Below are positions 1 to 14,344 of a stretch of DNA of 64,000 nucleotides, piece after piece. Every line of letters starts with the position of its first letter. Position 1 is the first letter of the stretch. The position numbers were made by a program, and so were the translations under genes. The stretch is from Amoebophrya sp. A120 (lineage: Eukaryota > Protista > Dinoflagellata), in the NCBI GenBank assembly GCA_905178155.1, contig CAJINV010000009.1, forward strand, positions 3,280,768-3,344,767, given 5' to 3'. A model generated the notes under the pieces. The model was not told where the DNA came from. It saw only the letters and a program-made list of their open reading frames with translations, and did not search any database.

Positions 1-1360
1 TCCGGTGAGAAAAAACTGCTCAACGAAAACCAAGGGGTTTTGAGTTTCCTTTCCGCCCAAGACGTCGGAAAGCTGTTGCAGTCCACTAAGGCCGGCTTCG
101 GTGGAAAAGTTGCTGTTGCAGCCCATGCGCAGCACCGCAGTGACACTGCCATGGAGAGCCGTACAGAAAGCTGTGAGGATCTCTTTCTTGAGGTCTTGCG
201 CGAACGGATTGGAGCGAAGCGACCCGAGGATTATTGGAATAGGCAGATAGACATGGGGGTCGATTACCTTGAACATTTCCTCTCCCAGATGCATCGCGAC
301 CGAAATGCATGGAAACTTCATCCACCGCAGAGAATCACATCGCCAGGGGAAAAACCGAAGCATGATTGGACCGTACTTTATAATATATACTTCATAAATT
401 CATCATAAAAGCCTTTTTTTGTCAGCATTTAATCGCATTTGATTTGCCGTGTGGCTGTGTTTTCGTTCTTGGCAACGCCAGCGGTATCTTACTGGAAAAG
501 TCTTGCCCGATGACTAGCTACTGGTTAGAAGATTTGACAAACTCTGATGTTGAAAAAGATCAGTCATTTTTTCGCACTAATAGGTTTACCTGTTGATGAC
601 GATGGCGTCAGAAACATGTGGGCCCGCAGCACCACATCGGCGCGCGGATAGCACCAACAAGTGGCTCCTGTACAACTCAAAAGCTCTGGCCACGGGTTGT
701 CACAGAAACGATCGAGCTTTCTTCCGCGAAGTCCTAGATTTTTTTCACGAGGATGTGCCGGAGCAGAGAAGGTCTTTTATGACGAGGCTTCTCAAACGAG
801 ACACGCAGTCAAAGGTAGTGATCTGGAATCCGCCTAAAACCAATTCTTTTTCTCGGCAGCGTGCCGGCGGCGGTCCACCTGTACGGCTAGTGGACATGTC
901 TCTGAACCCGAATCAAAAGGCCTTGGATGAGAGGTGTCGGCTCGGGATGGCGACCGAATTTCTTTTCCAAAAACCCAGCCAAGTATACGGACGCTATTTC
1001 CCGGTTCGATTGGGTTATTGCTTGAACACATCCGCGGATCTGTCAGATGACAATGGTGCGAGGCCATGGATAAACTTTTTTCATCGTGATCCTTTACCGC
1101 TTGACGCGCAATATTACACTGCGTTTCGGAAGATGTTCCGGAAGATAGCGCAGAAGTGGCGGACCGATTCTGATGGCTCGGACCTTCGCTGGTCGTACGA
1201 TCAGCTGCAGTGGGACTGGCGGAGCTTACATGGGAAACGGTTGAAACACACGCGTGAGTATCGGGGAAAGCATCCAAGCCTGCCCGTGCCGGTGATGTTA
1301 GCCGACAGGCCTTCAGAGTTTCTCGTCCAGGTTCCAACAAAAATCCAGGATGCCGTGTAG
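1..1360 (+). CDS. 5'-truncated member (paralogue 1) of a local gene family; exons <1-372, 584-1360
   Basis: GT-AG intron 373-583 joins DWT|VYLLMTMA. Shares RTESCEDLFL, GCHxxDxxFFREVL, RCRLxMATE, GYCLN and RWSYDQxxWDWR with the genes at 10924 and 14345. Confidence 0.8.
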
Positions 1361-3039
1361 CGGATTATGTATGTATAGTCTTGTCCTGAAGACCTTTTGC
1401 GGAAAAAGTAGCGGACTGATTTAATCATCAGACCACATGAAGCACACTTTATATTATAAGGTTGTACGGAATTGAGATGATTCTCATACCATTATCACGT
1501 TGTCGAGCACGTAATTCGTTAGGCTTATCGTTCTGATGTGCCCGAGCCAAGTGTCGAACAACTGGAATCAAGTATTTTCCGCAATCCTTTTTCTGTACGT
1601 GCACGTCGTCGTGGATGTGCCTCTAAGCAAAGAAAGTGCTTCTAATAAACATGTCTTCGTCATCCACTTAGCTGCAACTTTGAGTACGAATGTGCTGTAT
1701 GTATGATGGCTACTTGCCCTTTAAGCAGAAATACACTTTGTATGACGTGTTGTTTTGTTGTTGATATATTTTTATGATTTTCAGACGTATGCTATATTTC
1801 TATTTGTAAAATGAAAATGCAGAGACAAAATATTCATTCTATAATTTGATTGTATGATCGTAATATCTGGATCTGGCGGTAGCAAGCTCATGCTTGTGGT
1901 TGTGGGCAACAGCCGCAGCAGGTCCGGCGAAGACGTCGAAGGCAGACCTATCTGATCTTTTTATGTTATTGTAGTGTGTTGCTACAAAAAAGGAGGATGA
2001 GAAATTACGACCAGGGGCACGAAAATTGCCAAGAGAACATTACTTCAGCATTACTGTGTACTATTGCGGACCGTGGACGACATATTCAGCTCTATTCCCG
2101 ATTCAAAAAAAAAAAATTGGAGACGCGTTCATCTGTTGAATACGCGTCGAGTTTCCATGAAGCCGGCCAGCAGAGTTGCGCAGCGGAGCCAAAGAGGCAG
2201 CCCGTAAATGAAATATCGCGGCTGACGGCCCACGATAAAGATCAGTGAGCGTTAGAAGAAAAACTACTTTTCGAGAGAGCTTGTCTGTCTAAGTTTCTTT
2301 TGCTTGCTCATGAAAAAATGCGACAAAGGCAAAGCTTATTGGGAAGAGATAAATAAGAAAAAGAATCATCTACTTGATCTGAATCTAGTGCAAACCGCGA
2401 AAAAGTGCGCCTCAAGATGATAATCAGAAAATGTGGATCAAGAACAAGATCAACAACTGAAAATCGTGCCCGTCGTGTTGCCATTGTGAGCTCAAATTTG
2501 TTTGCCTCTCTGCTCGATTCCGCGGTATTTTCGTTCTCGGTAAGAAAATGGTTGGTCCACTCTTCTGGCAAAAATGAAAATGGAACATCACATAAGAATA
2601 TAGAATCTTATAATGTGAATTTTCATCGAACTCAATGTATGAAAATTGTTGTTGAAACGCGTAGTATTCGCAAGATTTTTTGGCTTTGGTATAGGCTTGC
2701 ATTGAAAATGAAGCGGCACGCGATCAATAAAGATAACTTCTTGTTTGGCATTTAATTGACATGCAATGAATGAGCCAGGATTTTCGATGTAGCTCTTGTC
2801 GTTTTTTGTCTTGGCAGACGCAGCTACGACAAGTCGGCATTCTTCCATGGTTTTCACTTCCCACTTTGTTATTGATACATAGTTTTATTTTTCAGCTGAA
2901 AACGAACCAACTTGAACTTACGTGTTGCTCGTAAAGCCCTCCTTTTCATTTATTATTGCTTTTCACGATTTGTCGAATATCAATCGGTCGGGGAAACGGT
3001 TTCCTGTATAACGAACCAAGACCACGTCGCATCCGCATA

Positions 3040-6000
3040 ATGCCTGCTTTCAACTTTGGGTGGCACGTACGGGGTACGTTTGGAGACGTGCGCCGTATGC
3101 TTGTCATCACATTGGCCGCGTTGGTGGCGCAGCCTGTCTATGGTGCGTCAGGGTCCAGTTTCAGTGGCGCTGGGGTTTGTTTCGGTAACCAATCAACATG
3201 GCAAAACCTTCTCGCGGGCAAGCGGAAGTGTGGCTGCGCAGACTGTGAGGCTTTTTTGGAAATCTTGGATTCCGTGAAGAGCGACTCGCTGAGTTCGCTT
3301 GTGGGTCAACGAGTTGCGGAGGAAATTATGTACGACGCATCACAGCTCGTGGGAGACCAGTTGGCAGCGCTAAGAGTCGAAAATAGCAAATTACGTCAGT
3401 GGAAAAATTCGCTCGATCTGGATCCACTGAATGTGGTGACGTCTATCCTCGATAGCTCAATTTCGATACACAGCGACGGCACGTACGGCCGGAATATGCA
3501 GTGGCGGGGTGTACTTCAGAAGTGCCATCAAATGATATTTTCGGATTACGATCCCAAGGACGGAGTATACGTCGAACATCAACAGCTGCTACTGGTGGAA
3601 GACTGCCTGCGTAAGTCAATATTTATTCTATTTGCAATGCAATTAAGTCTTCTTTTCCTTTTGATTTTTCTTATTTTTTTTGGCGAGCTTCAAAAGCCGA
3701 AGTTTCGAGGCCCCCTGGATTTTTCAGTCGATAAGAACATAATTATCGAGAGTCGCACTTTTTCTCTTTGAGGCGATCAACGTATAGTTCTTCGAACCCA
3801 TCGCGGCATTCCCATCACCTCATCTCAGATCGTGGCTTGAAAAGTTCAAGTGGTGACTTCGCGGAGTGGAAGACGGAGGCGTTGCTCGAAATATTGCCTG
3901 GTGATAACGAAGACAAGGTGTACGAGAAGAAACGGGAGCGGTACTGTCGCTCAATGCATGTCATGTACGTCAGCACTCGTGGTTCTACCTCAAATGAAGA
4001 TTTTGATGGGCGGCGGGATGAACTTGGCCAGAGGGATCGTGGAAGAGATTTCCGCGATAGAGATGCCATTAAGGAGCACTATTCCCTTGCACAACGCGCC
4101 TGTCGTCCTCCCAGCAGCAAACCCACAAGAGGTATTTCTAAGAATGTAGTGATGTGTCGACGACTTATGGTGTATCATTATCTACAAACATTAACAAAAG
4201 CGATATCTTCGATAGTTTGACGAAATGAGAAGAACGATCGCTTCGGAAGCAAATGCTCCTGCTGGTCAAAAGAAGAATCGCAGTGGCAACTGCTGCTGAC
4301 AGTGTGCTTCTTGCTGCTGCTCCGGATGCCGTTGTCGACGACCACGACACTGCCGTCCTTCGCGTTCGAATATTGGATTTTGGCCATGCTGAACAAACAT
4401 CACTACAGGAGAGCAACGGGACCTGGAGGCGAAGGTTGTTTACATTGAACTTGCGGCGACACTACCTGATGCTGGGCCTCGGCAAAACCCGTATGTGTTC
4501 GCCAAGGACTTTCCGGCTCACCCGGATGTCCTATACCGCGACCTTCGAACACCAGTTCAAGCTGCAATGAGCGCGTACATGGAGCAACGCGATAGGGTCG
4601 GTGGTAGGGCGCTTCCGGCTGGGCAGTTGACAGGACTGGAGTTCGAATTGCGCCAGAGGCAGGGCGGGTCCGATTCACTGCATGTTACGCCGCCTGTGTC
4701 GCATTTCTTTCAGCCGCGCAAGGCAGCTGATGGAAGAATGAGACTCGCGGCTACCATTTGCAGCGGCGCGACCAGCCTTGCGCGCGTTGTGCATGAACAC
4801 CTTGGCGGACTGCTGAGAGGTTTGCTACCTCCATCTCGGGCTACAGCAGTCGTACCTCCGGCAGCCGCTGGCGCTGATGCATATTTCATGCGAGCGGGTG
4901 TACTTTTGGACGACGGTGCAACTACTCGGAGGCGATTCAGAGGTGCGATTTTGTCGTGCTACAGAATATACCTCTCTGAGTCTATTTTTTATTATATAAA
5001 TATACGTGCGGAAACAACGGAAAAATGAAAATCTTTGAGTTTGAAGTCTTGATCCTGTTCGATGTTGAATTTTTTGCAACACTGGGTAAGTGACCAGAGA
5101 AAATTTTTGATGTGTGCGTTCACAGGTAGTGGAGCTGGAGGCAACGATGGGCCTGGGGACGGAGATGACAATGACGATCCCCGAAAGAAGCGGGACGACA
5201 AGGAAGCCGAAGACAAAAATGCGGACAAGAAGGACAAGAAAGAAAAGAAGGAGAAGAAAGATAGAGATCGGGACTCAGGTAAATCCAAGGACACGACCCG
5301 CGGCAAGCGCGAAAGTCGTGAGAGTGTGGCGTCGCTCAATTTTCTCGGGGTAGTCGTAATTAGTTCCGATGATGCGGACAGGAGTGGCCAAACCCTGTCA
5401 TGGTGGAACAATCGCAGGTTTGCTGGCGATGCTGAGCGCGCAGGGTTCAAGAAACACTTGGAAAGGAAAATCAAAGTGGCACTTGACGTCGGACAGCTGG
5501 CAGGCGCGACAAAAGTTTTGCAGATAAACCGCATGGAGTGGGCAGCAGCGGATACTACGTCGCCTGGTCTGTTAGGTCTTCTTGGCACGAAGCGGGAGAA
5601 AAAGGAGCGGGAAGACGTAATTATTCTTCATGTTACGTTGCTGCCAAATATTAAACAAATCGCCGAATTTTTTTCTTCTTCGACAAGAAAGCCGCAACAA
5701 TCAAGATAGAGCGGATGATTTTTCCAATAATAGCTGGCGGGTAGAGGAACGTAGCATTGCATGCGGATGATTTGCCAACAAAATTACCACTCTACACAGG
5801 TCGTGCTAGTCGCACGGAGTGACACCAGCCGGCGGCAGCAGGAGAGCCCTACCGGCGACGTCGTTCTTTCAGTCGCGTCGTGGAACATCGGGCATGGGGC
5901 ACACGAGGTTTCGAAGCAACGATTGTTCCTGGCAGGGGCCTTGCTTCAGGTTCTTGCGACTGAAGTTGCAAGTCGTGACCCGAGTTCTGAACCGTATACC

Positions 6001-8899
6001 CCGGACGCGTTAGATTATATTGCCACCTCGCTCAAGGGGGTCCTGACTTGGGAGCCATCGCCACCGGGCGCCGACGACGATGTCATAGAGGATGGTAACG
6101 AACCTTGGGACTTCTTGCAGGAAATCTTGCGCAAAGACACGGCGGTTAGTGCGCTTAGAACCCAGCCTGGTTCCGACGCTCCGGAGCCAACGAGGCCGAT
6201 GCTGGATGTACCTGCATCGAAACAAAAACTCGTCGGTCTTCGGTCTGAATTGGCACTGTCCCGTGCGGATGCGGAGTTCCGTTCAGTCTTCGGCCTTAAG
6301 GATTTTGTGAAACCGACGGCTGCCGTCGCGAACGACGAGAACGCAGCAACCAGTGCAAACTTGATCCGGGCTGCATGCAGTACTAATGTTCGCTCTTCGA
6401 GTGGGAGTGCGCGAAAGCGTCGCTCGGCAGTTTCAGGTCGAAGCGGAAGCCGAGGTTCCCAAGTTCGCGCCCAGTCTTTGCGCGGTTCAGAGCGGTATCG
6501 AAGTAAGGATTTGGAGATATGGACCGACAGTCCCGTTGCCCCCACTCCCACAAGTCCCGCAGTACCGCAGCAAGGATGCCATCTTCACTTGGAGCTCAGC
6601 CTTGCACAGGAAGAAGACGCTCCGCCGGTACTTGCAATTGGCGACAGGGCGCGGCGGGCTGTCGGCGCTCTTGGAACGCCTTTGCCCGCGGCCCTCCGCA
6701 GACTATGGCAAAGCGCGGACTCGCTACGCTGGTGGGAGAGCACTCGGGACAGAACCGACGAACACTTTCCGGAAGTGCAGGATCGAGCGCAACGACTTGG
6801 CATCGCGCTCCGGGCGTACGCAATGATACTCTCCAGGGTTGCCCTTGTGCTCTTCGGGGTATGGGTGGTCTTCGTTTCTCCGGACCAGAACGGTTCCTCC
6901 ACCCCGGGACTGCTGGACCAGCCCCTGGTGGCGATCTGTTTTGAGAAAGTTCCGTGCGCGAACACCTGCTGCACGCTGTCCGCTCGGGAGATGAAAACTT
7001 TTGCCGTGGAAGGAGTCCCACCCTTGTTCAGCGACATGAAGCTTCTATCCTGGGAGGCCCGGGAGTTGGAAGCGATTGAGGATGGTGAGGCGCCTCCGTG
7101 CGATGAGGGGCGACGAGAAAAAATGGTTGACAGCTACAAGCAAGCACAAACCGCAATTCTGGCCGAGTTTGAACGATATCCGGCAGAAGCAAAGGAGCTC
7201 TTGAGGGGGGACTTCAAGAAATGGATAAGGGGGGCGCTTGCCTCGGTCGCTGTGGAAGAGGTAAACTTGCGGAAGGGACGCTTGGACAACCAAACACGCG
7301 AGGTGGCCGCTCAGAGGGATGTTCTCCGACAGAAAGAGGGCGAGCTCCAGCAGAAAACGAGCGAGCTCCGACAGAAAACGAGCGAGCTTCAGCAGAAAGC
7401 GGGCGTGCTCCAGCAGAAAGAGACGCAGCTGCAGCGGGAACAGACGCAGCTGCTGCGGGAGCAGACGCAGCTGCAGAAGAGGGAGGCGCAACACCAGCGG
7501 AAAGAGCGCGAGTGGACAAAGGAAGTAGCAGAGCGGGACGGGCAGCTGAGGTCTTTCAGAGCACAGGCGACGGACCTCCAAGAAAAAGTCACGGGGCTCG
7601 AAGCTTTGCACGAAGAAAAGAAACAGCTCCTCGGTGCGGAAGGCACGTACGACGGCGTCGCGCCGATGATGAATCCCGCTGCGCCCTGCGCAGCAGTGCA
7701 GAATGGGGCCGGGGAAAAGTATGTGTACCGGGCGGGGGAGTTCTGCGTCGGGTCCGGCGCCAATGGACGCCGCCTGGCCCTGTGCCCCAAGCCCGGAGAC
7801 GAGGGTATCGCCTGCGTCTTGGAGCTGGAGTGCACCGACGACGGGAACGACCAAGGCGTGTGTTGGGACGGAATTTGGAAAATGGATACGCGCTTGTCAA
7901 ACGGCTGCACGGAGATGTATGACCAGGCAGTGTATCAAAATGAAATCCCACGACCCCCCTTACTCAACCGCAAGAGATCTGAGCCTAAGTTTATTTCTGA
8001 GCACGCAGACTGTGGCTTTTCATATTTCTCTTTGACTTTGTCATGCTTGGCCTTACTTTTCGCTGAGTTCGAACGGGGCAGTGGAGGTGCGTCGATCAGG
8101 CCCCGCATGATCATACTTTCGAACTCGCGAGACAGAATAGTGCAAGTTTTTTCCGTATCGTACAGACGATGATGATGATAGATGATGATGCTGCATCTGC
8201 TAGTGTTAAGTAGTAATTCTTTCTGCGGATTTTTGAGATGGGGGTCCGTTTCACTTTCACACGCGGGGACAGATGTTTGCCGACTTCCACGCGAAAGAGG
8301 GCAATACGCCCACGGCGTGTTCGAGGGGGCTCGGGCCCGCACGGCAGCTCGACAGAAACAGCAAGCCGATGGCGAACAGTGTCGGTGTCCTCAAGTTCTT
8401 TGAACCCGAGGAGAGGTTACGCCGCGACTTGACCCGGAAGTTCCAGGCGGTGGTTTCCGACGTGTGGGACTGGGTCTCGCCCCGGATGGCGACCCTGAAG
8501 GCACAGTTCGCAGGGGTGGAGCTGCACCAGTCGGAAAGCGAGGGTCTTCTTGCCGACGAGGAAGGCGACGCGGCTGTTTGCGAGGTTTCCGCTGAAGACG
8601 CAGCGGCAGCCTCCGTTCGCGGAAAACCGTACTTCAAGTTGCACTCACGCGCCGGGAAGAAGACCGGTGGCAGGACCTGCAAGGTGAAGAAGCATCATGG
8701 GAAAAGTAAGAGCAAAAAACAGAAGAAGAAGCCGAAAAAACAAGAATTCCACCAGCAAGGAGCTGCACCACTTGAGAATAAAGCAGCTGACGCAAAACCA
8801 GCAGCGTCGAAACCGGCAAGAAGGACAAGCGCGAAAAGTAGTAAACCTGCCTCAGCGCCAGTTCAGAAGCCACATCAAGAACACAAATTTCGGAAGTAA
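3040..8899 (+). CDS. Large putatively secreted/membrane coiled-coil protein; exons ~3040-3610, 3829-4131, 4409-4942, 5126-5616, 5800-7929, 8273-8899
   Basis: Phase-compatible GT-AG introns (3611-3828, 4132-4408, 4943-5125, 5617-5799, 7930-8272) link six ORF pieces. Hydrophobic N-terminus (MLVITLAALVAQPVYG), an internal hydrophobic stretch, heptad repeats and a Lys-rich tail. Confidence 0.65.
7321..7500 (+). repeat. Coding 21-bp tandem repeat (LQQKTSE / LQREQTQ heptads)
   Basis: Repeated gagctccagcagaaaacgagc-like and acgcagctgcagcgggaacag-like units. Confidence 0.8.
7933..8261. mobile_element. Degenerate introner (family B-like)
   Basis: Left end tatcaaaatgaaatcccacgaccccc resembles the family B TIR; the right end (gggggtccgtttcactttcaca) is decayed. 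It lies inside an in-frame GT-AG intron 7930-8272. Confidence 0.5.
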
Positions 8900-10923
8900 A
8901 CAAAACCACCTATCACTGAAGGGGGGATGGAAGCAGGTCCGGAAGGAAATTCACAAGGCTGGCTGGGAAAAGGATTGTTTCTAAAAGATACTCAGGCTTT
9001 GAAGTGCGAGATGAAAATGAAGGCGAGCCTCGCTTTTGAGAAGATAATTGAGTAATTCCTTACTCGCCCCTAGCGCCGTGCTGAACCAATTTAGACAGTA
9101 CTCAAAGGTCTCGTCCTTAGATTGGGACATTCGGCTTGAGTTGTTTAGAGTGGTTTGGACAAGTTAGTGGAGTACTGCCTTCATATTCCTTCATAGCCTA
9201 GATCACATAATGTCGAATTTTTTATACTTTCTCCACGGAAGACCAAGCAGAAGACGAGAGGGGCATCTGCAACTTGGAAGATTTGTCACGATTGCATTTG
9301 CAAGTGATTCATGATTGTTTATTGAAATTTCCAAGGAGCGAGTATGCTACATCGTTTCCGAAGCACGAAAATAAAAGACCGGAACCAGTCCTGTGTCAGC
9401 TTTTGTGAGGCTGAGCAGAAAGACCTGAGACCGGAAGTTTTTTCTTTTACAGGCTGCAATGACCTTATATCTTTGTTGTGGTGTAGCGCTAGTAATAGTA
9501 TTGGATTGCGGCGCAACAACTTTTAGACACCCACTCACAACCGCATCAAACACGAATTTGCGCATATCGAGTTTTAGCAGTTTATTCCGAGGCCTGTGTT
9601 AAGATCAAGAAATCCACACTAGATGTTTTGTAAGATAATTGCGTTACCATAAGAGTACGGTTTGAGCAACCTGGTGATGAAGTCATAAAGAGTTTCTTTT
9701 TGGAAAAGTAAAAGTTGAGTAGGATGCAGGGAAGAGTATGTGCTGGGTAGAAGTACAACCAGGATGACTATTAGTTACAGCACGTCGAGTAAAGTAACAT
9801 GAACGTCAAGGACACCAGTAACATTCACCAGTTTCAGTTTGGGACACCAAATAGCATTTGCCTCTTTGAAATGTCAACGTAGGCCACAAGTTCAAAGGTT
9901 TGTATGATTTTGAAGGAAAACGAACATACAATAGCACGGGCCGCCATGGCGGAAAAAAAATCAAAGTACTCACATCTAACAAAAGACAAATCGCTGGCTG
10001 ACCACGTACGTTGGTCTAGCTTCGATCGGAAACGCGAGAAATGTTTCGTTTGTGTGTTCAGCCCTGCAGCGGCATCCGTGCCTTGGTCGTAAAGTAAAAG
10101 TAGAAGCTCAACTAGGTGAATCCGTCATGGAAGCTTCTTTCGTTCTCGTTGTCGTCCAAAAGCACTGTGCTACCGCCACAAGATGTCATGATCCGGAGCG
10201 AAATAGTGATCCGTGAGGAACAAGAAAGGTGGATATCACCGTGGCGGATCAGGGTCTGAGTCAACAGATTCCGATTGGAGCACGGGGCTTAATGAGATTA
10301 GTAGATGCAGCGAAAGCAATGCCAAGCTACCAAAACTGGATGTAGAAGCGGACTCCATCGGAGTTCGAGCTAATGTGGTATCTAGATGGACCTTGGACTC
10401 GTTTACACTCAAATAGGATCAAAGGGAAACGATAGACTAAAATTTTTGATACGGCGACGGAGAGAGATGGAAATGCAAAAAGCGCAACTTACTTTCGAAT
10501 TCATTAGGGTCATCTACAAACTAGACCAAAGTTTTTCTGACGAGAAGAAAAAGGACGGGTACGAAGATGGAAATGCAACTAGCGCTATTATCGTTATATC
10601 ATTTCATCGTCCTTGCAAAGCTAAAGCTAATACGATACCCCGCAAGTGTTGGTGGATTTCATTCGCAACTTGATACTTCGATAATGGGGAGTCCAGCTTG
10701 TCGTGCTATCCTGGTATCTCATAGACACTCTTGTACTTTCTGCAGCGGCACCCGTGTATTTATGTTTCGCTATACAAATATGCTTATTGATGTATGATGA
10801 AGATCTTCTGCTCTTACTCTTTTCAGTTTGTAAAGCCTAATTTGGATTCTTGTTTTACATTGTAATGGCAACGAGTCAAGTAGACGGAAGAAGTTTCTGA
10901 CTTCAACACACAGGAAATTGAAA

Positions 10924-13548
10924 ATGCGTTTTCGTCCACAATTTGCGTTGTCGTTTTTGATTTGTCTTGCCTGGGATGCTAAAATTACGGCAGCAAGAGC
11001 GGCAGCTGCGGGTTCTGAACAAGTGGCAGGGACAGGCGAAGTCCTTCCGCCGTCATCTACTGCTGCGGCAAATGCAGGTGCTGCAGGCAGCCGTTTTTTT
11101 GCCACCGCTCGAGATGCGCTGAGCAAAATGTGTGCGAAACGGCTGTGCCTCCAGAACCTCCAGAAAAATGGAGTTCCTAGTACTGCACATCTCCCTGCGG
11201 GACGCGACGGGAAGGAATGGCGAAGTGAACTCCGACAAAGAAACTTGGGTCTGGAGCGAAGCAGGACAGAGGTCAGCACGGAACAACGAGAGAGCCAGCT
11301 GGTTGTCGTTGAGGATCTTGGCAAGGCCGCCAGGTCCAGTCGTTCGGGGAGAATCCGCGGGGCTGGTGGCGTTGTTCCGATGATGCCAGGTCCACTGACC
11401 TCCGAAATTTTTTGGCGAACAGCGAAAAGGGATTCTGAATCTGATTCTGTCTTGGGCGGCTTTGCAAGAACTGATGAAGCGGTGGGCAAAAGCGTGGCCA
11501 CAGACGTAGTACGGAGCTTGGCGTTCGGAGCCCAAAATGGGACACGCAACAGCAAAAACGATCCCCTAACCACAACTGCAAAACAAGATGAGGGAGGACG
11601 AGACGGGCATCGGGAACGGGATCGACGCAGACCTCCTGCCGCTGATGCCAGGAACGGATCTCTGAGTATGGAGGATGGCCTACTGTTTTTGGGCCACGAG
11701 AAAGATGATCTGTTGAATCGAGGGAGCGGGATTCTCAGCTTCTTGTCTCCGAAGCAGACCACTGCAGTGTTGGGGTTGAGCAAGGAGTTCGCCCCAAGCG
11801 GAAATCTGGGATCCCGGGTCACGACAGCGGCCAAGGCACAGCACAAGAACGACGTCGCGTTGGCGAGTCGCACAGAAAGTTGTGCCGATCTGTTCCTCCA
11901 AGCTCTGCGTGAAAAGGTCGCGGACAGGAAGCCGCGCGATTTCTGGAATACCGGTATTGATGGGGCGGGGCTCGACTATCTGCAAGGCTTTGTGGCTTCA
12001 GACACGAAGCCGGAGGAGGGACAGCCATTGATTGGCTCAGATATTGACTGGAGCGTATAATCTTAATGCTGCTTCTGTTTGTTGATGCAAAGTACTTACA
12101 GGTTCTTCATCGTAGCAGTAAGTAAAAGTGTTACTGTGGAAACCGACTCAACACATTGTTGCAGCTACGAGGACAAAGAAACAACGCAAATTGGGCACAG
12201 CTTCGCCGCATGTATGAGCTGTCCCGAATATGTCTAACCTGCAGGTGAAACTTTTGATGGTCATGGCGGGACAAACTTGTAATCCGCTAGCAGCGTATCG
12301 ACGGGTGGAAGACGCTGAAGCGAGAGCCGGTCTTTACCACCGAAGAAACCTGGAGACGGGCTGTCATGTGACTGACATTGACTTCTTTCGGGAAGTTCTG
12401 AGCTTCTTTTATCCTGAGTAATAACGTCCCCACACCAGAAACAGAATCAAGATGGGAAATCTGCTAGACAAATTAGCCAGCTTCGGCTGTTTCGCATAAC
12501 AAGTTTGATGTCCTCGTAGTGTAATCCTGTTTAGCTAGTTCAGTGGCGTCAAAGATCTAGCGAATCATGCTGGTTATAGCAATACAAATTCCAAGATACG
12601 ACGAGAAAATGCTTCTCATGTGGCTCCGCGTGAGAGACTTTTTTGGCATGTGTTTTTTGCATGACAACTCTGAAGTGAGGACGTTTTTACACCCGATATC
12701 TTTCACGAGGATGTTGCGGACTCCGTTGCCTTGAAAAACCCGGGCGGTGTCGAGGGGGAGAATCCAACAAGGAAGGTGGTGGTTTGGTCTCCGGCATTAA
12801 CGAACTCGTTCGGCGCGCGAGAGAACATGGCACTGAACCCGAACCAAACCGAATTAGACGGCCGGTGTCGGTTGGCAATGGCGACAGAACTACTATTCCA
12901 AAGGCAGATGGAAGTTTACGAAGTGATGGACTTCATTGTGAAGCATGGTATAGCATTTTGCTTTCATTTTCACACGACGAGGTACAATTCTTGTCTACCT
13001 GATAGTTTATTTGGTTTCAGTTTGAAGAAGTCACTGTGAGTGGTCTTTGTGATGCTTCTCCTTAAGTATGTCTGTGAGGTTGTGCACAGAAATCGTAGTA
13101 CGCCAAATATTATATATGCGTACACTTACTTTTTCCTTAATCCATATCCTTTGCGGGATGCATCGGACAAAACGCCTCAACTCCTCTATACTCAGGTTAC
13201 TGCCTGAACCCAGACTCCAATTCAGAAATCGAGCGGCAATACCGGCGATCAGATCCTCTCAACGACAACTGGCATATTTTCTTCCGCAAGTTGTTTCGGC
13301 AATTTGCCCAGAAGTGGCGCCGCGGATCAGATGGCAGGGACCCGCGCTGGTCCTATGACCAGTTTCTGTGGGACTGGCGAACAACACACGCGAAACGGTT
13401 TTCAACTAGGTCAGCCCGGCGCGAATTGTGTCCTAGCAGGCCGAGCGAATGCCCGTTGCCCAAGGTGCTCGCAAAGCACCACGAAAAGTACGGCGTCACG
13501 CTTCCGACAGAAATAGAGTATGACGGGAGGTGGACAAGAAGCGTGTAG
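10924..13548 (+). CDS. Paralogue 2 of putatively secreted family; exons 10924-12054, 12245-12409, 12704-12947, 13196-13548
   Basis: Signal-peptide-like MRFRPQFALSFLICLAWDA; GT-AG introns 12055-12244 and 12948-13195; introner at 12410; family motifs conserved. Confidence 0.8.
12410..12698. mobile_element. Introner family F (TIR tatcc..gtaa(a/t)aacgtccccac), DR tcttt
   Basis: Removing 12410-12703 gives SFF|HEDV, matching uninterrupted DFFHEDV in paralogue 1. Confidence 0.9.
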
Positions 13549-14344
13549 AACATCAGGCAGGTGAAGACGTTGTGGAAGCGAGAGCGATTCTCGAAATTGG
13601 GAAAATTTTGCACACACGCCATTTTTTGCCTCAGATGACGAGGTGCGACATTAAAACAGAATGTCTTTCAGCAGCGACGTGGCTCGGTGTAGCGCACAAG
13701 TTGAAGACCTGCACTGCTGCTACCCAAAGACGTCAAAGGGTTGTATGATTTCGGTTTTTTTAAATGAATAAGTTACAACTGTATAATAATACGACAGAAG
13801 AAAAGTGCACGACCTGCTGAGGCGAGGTTAGGGTGAAAAAGCTGCCAGCCGGACAAAGAGTGCTCTCTCCCAGATTCAACTTCCAGATGGTTGGACCAGT
13901 AATGGGGAAGGCGGTGTCACTAGTGAAAAGAAAGATCGCCTGCTCCTGGCTAATAACTCGAATCTGAGTACGCTACAGCACGCTAAAGATTTCTGTTTAG
14001 GACGCGCATACATAGACATATTAGACCAAAATGTAAATCCTACTGGAAACTAGAACGACGAAGATGGAAATCGAAAAGAAGCTATTCGTGCTTCTCAGTA
14101 ATAGTCGCGGCAGAAGTAATGGACTTTAGTCCTACATTGATTTCGAAACGAAAAGTCCAGTATACGCCCCGGTCTCTAAACATACGCATACCCTCCTTCT
14201 TTCTTTTGCAGCGGCACCCATGTACTTGAGAGAGTTTTTGCTTGACGTTAGGGCTTGGGAGTAGGTCAACAGGGGGGAGTTCTTGCACGCTAGATTAAGA
14301 AGCGCAAGCGAGATTAAATCATAATTCCAGCTGGCAAAAGAAAA

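Noticed and set aside
8900-10900. Short ORFs in spacers (also 1400-2950, 47700-48500, 54600-55600)
   Set aside because: No motifs or consistent splice structure; treated as intergenic. I recognised no tRNA or rRNA anywhere in the window.
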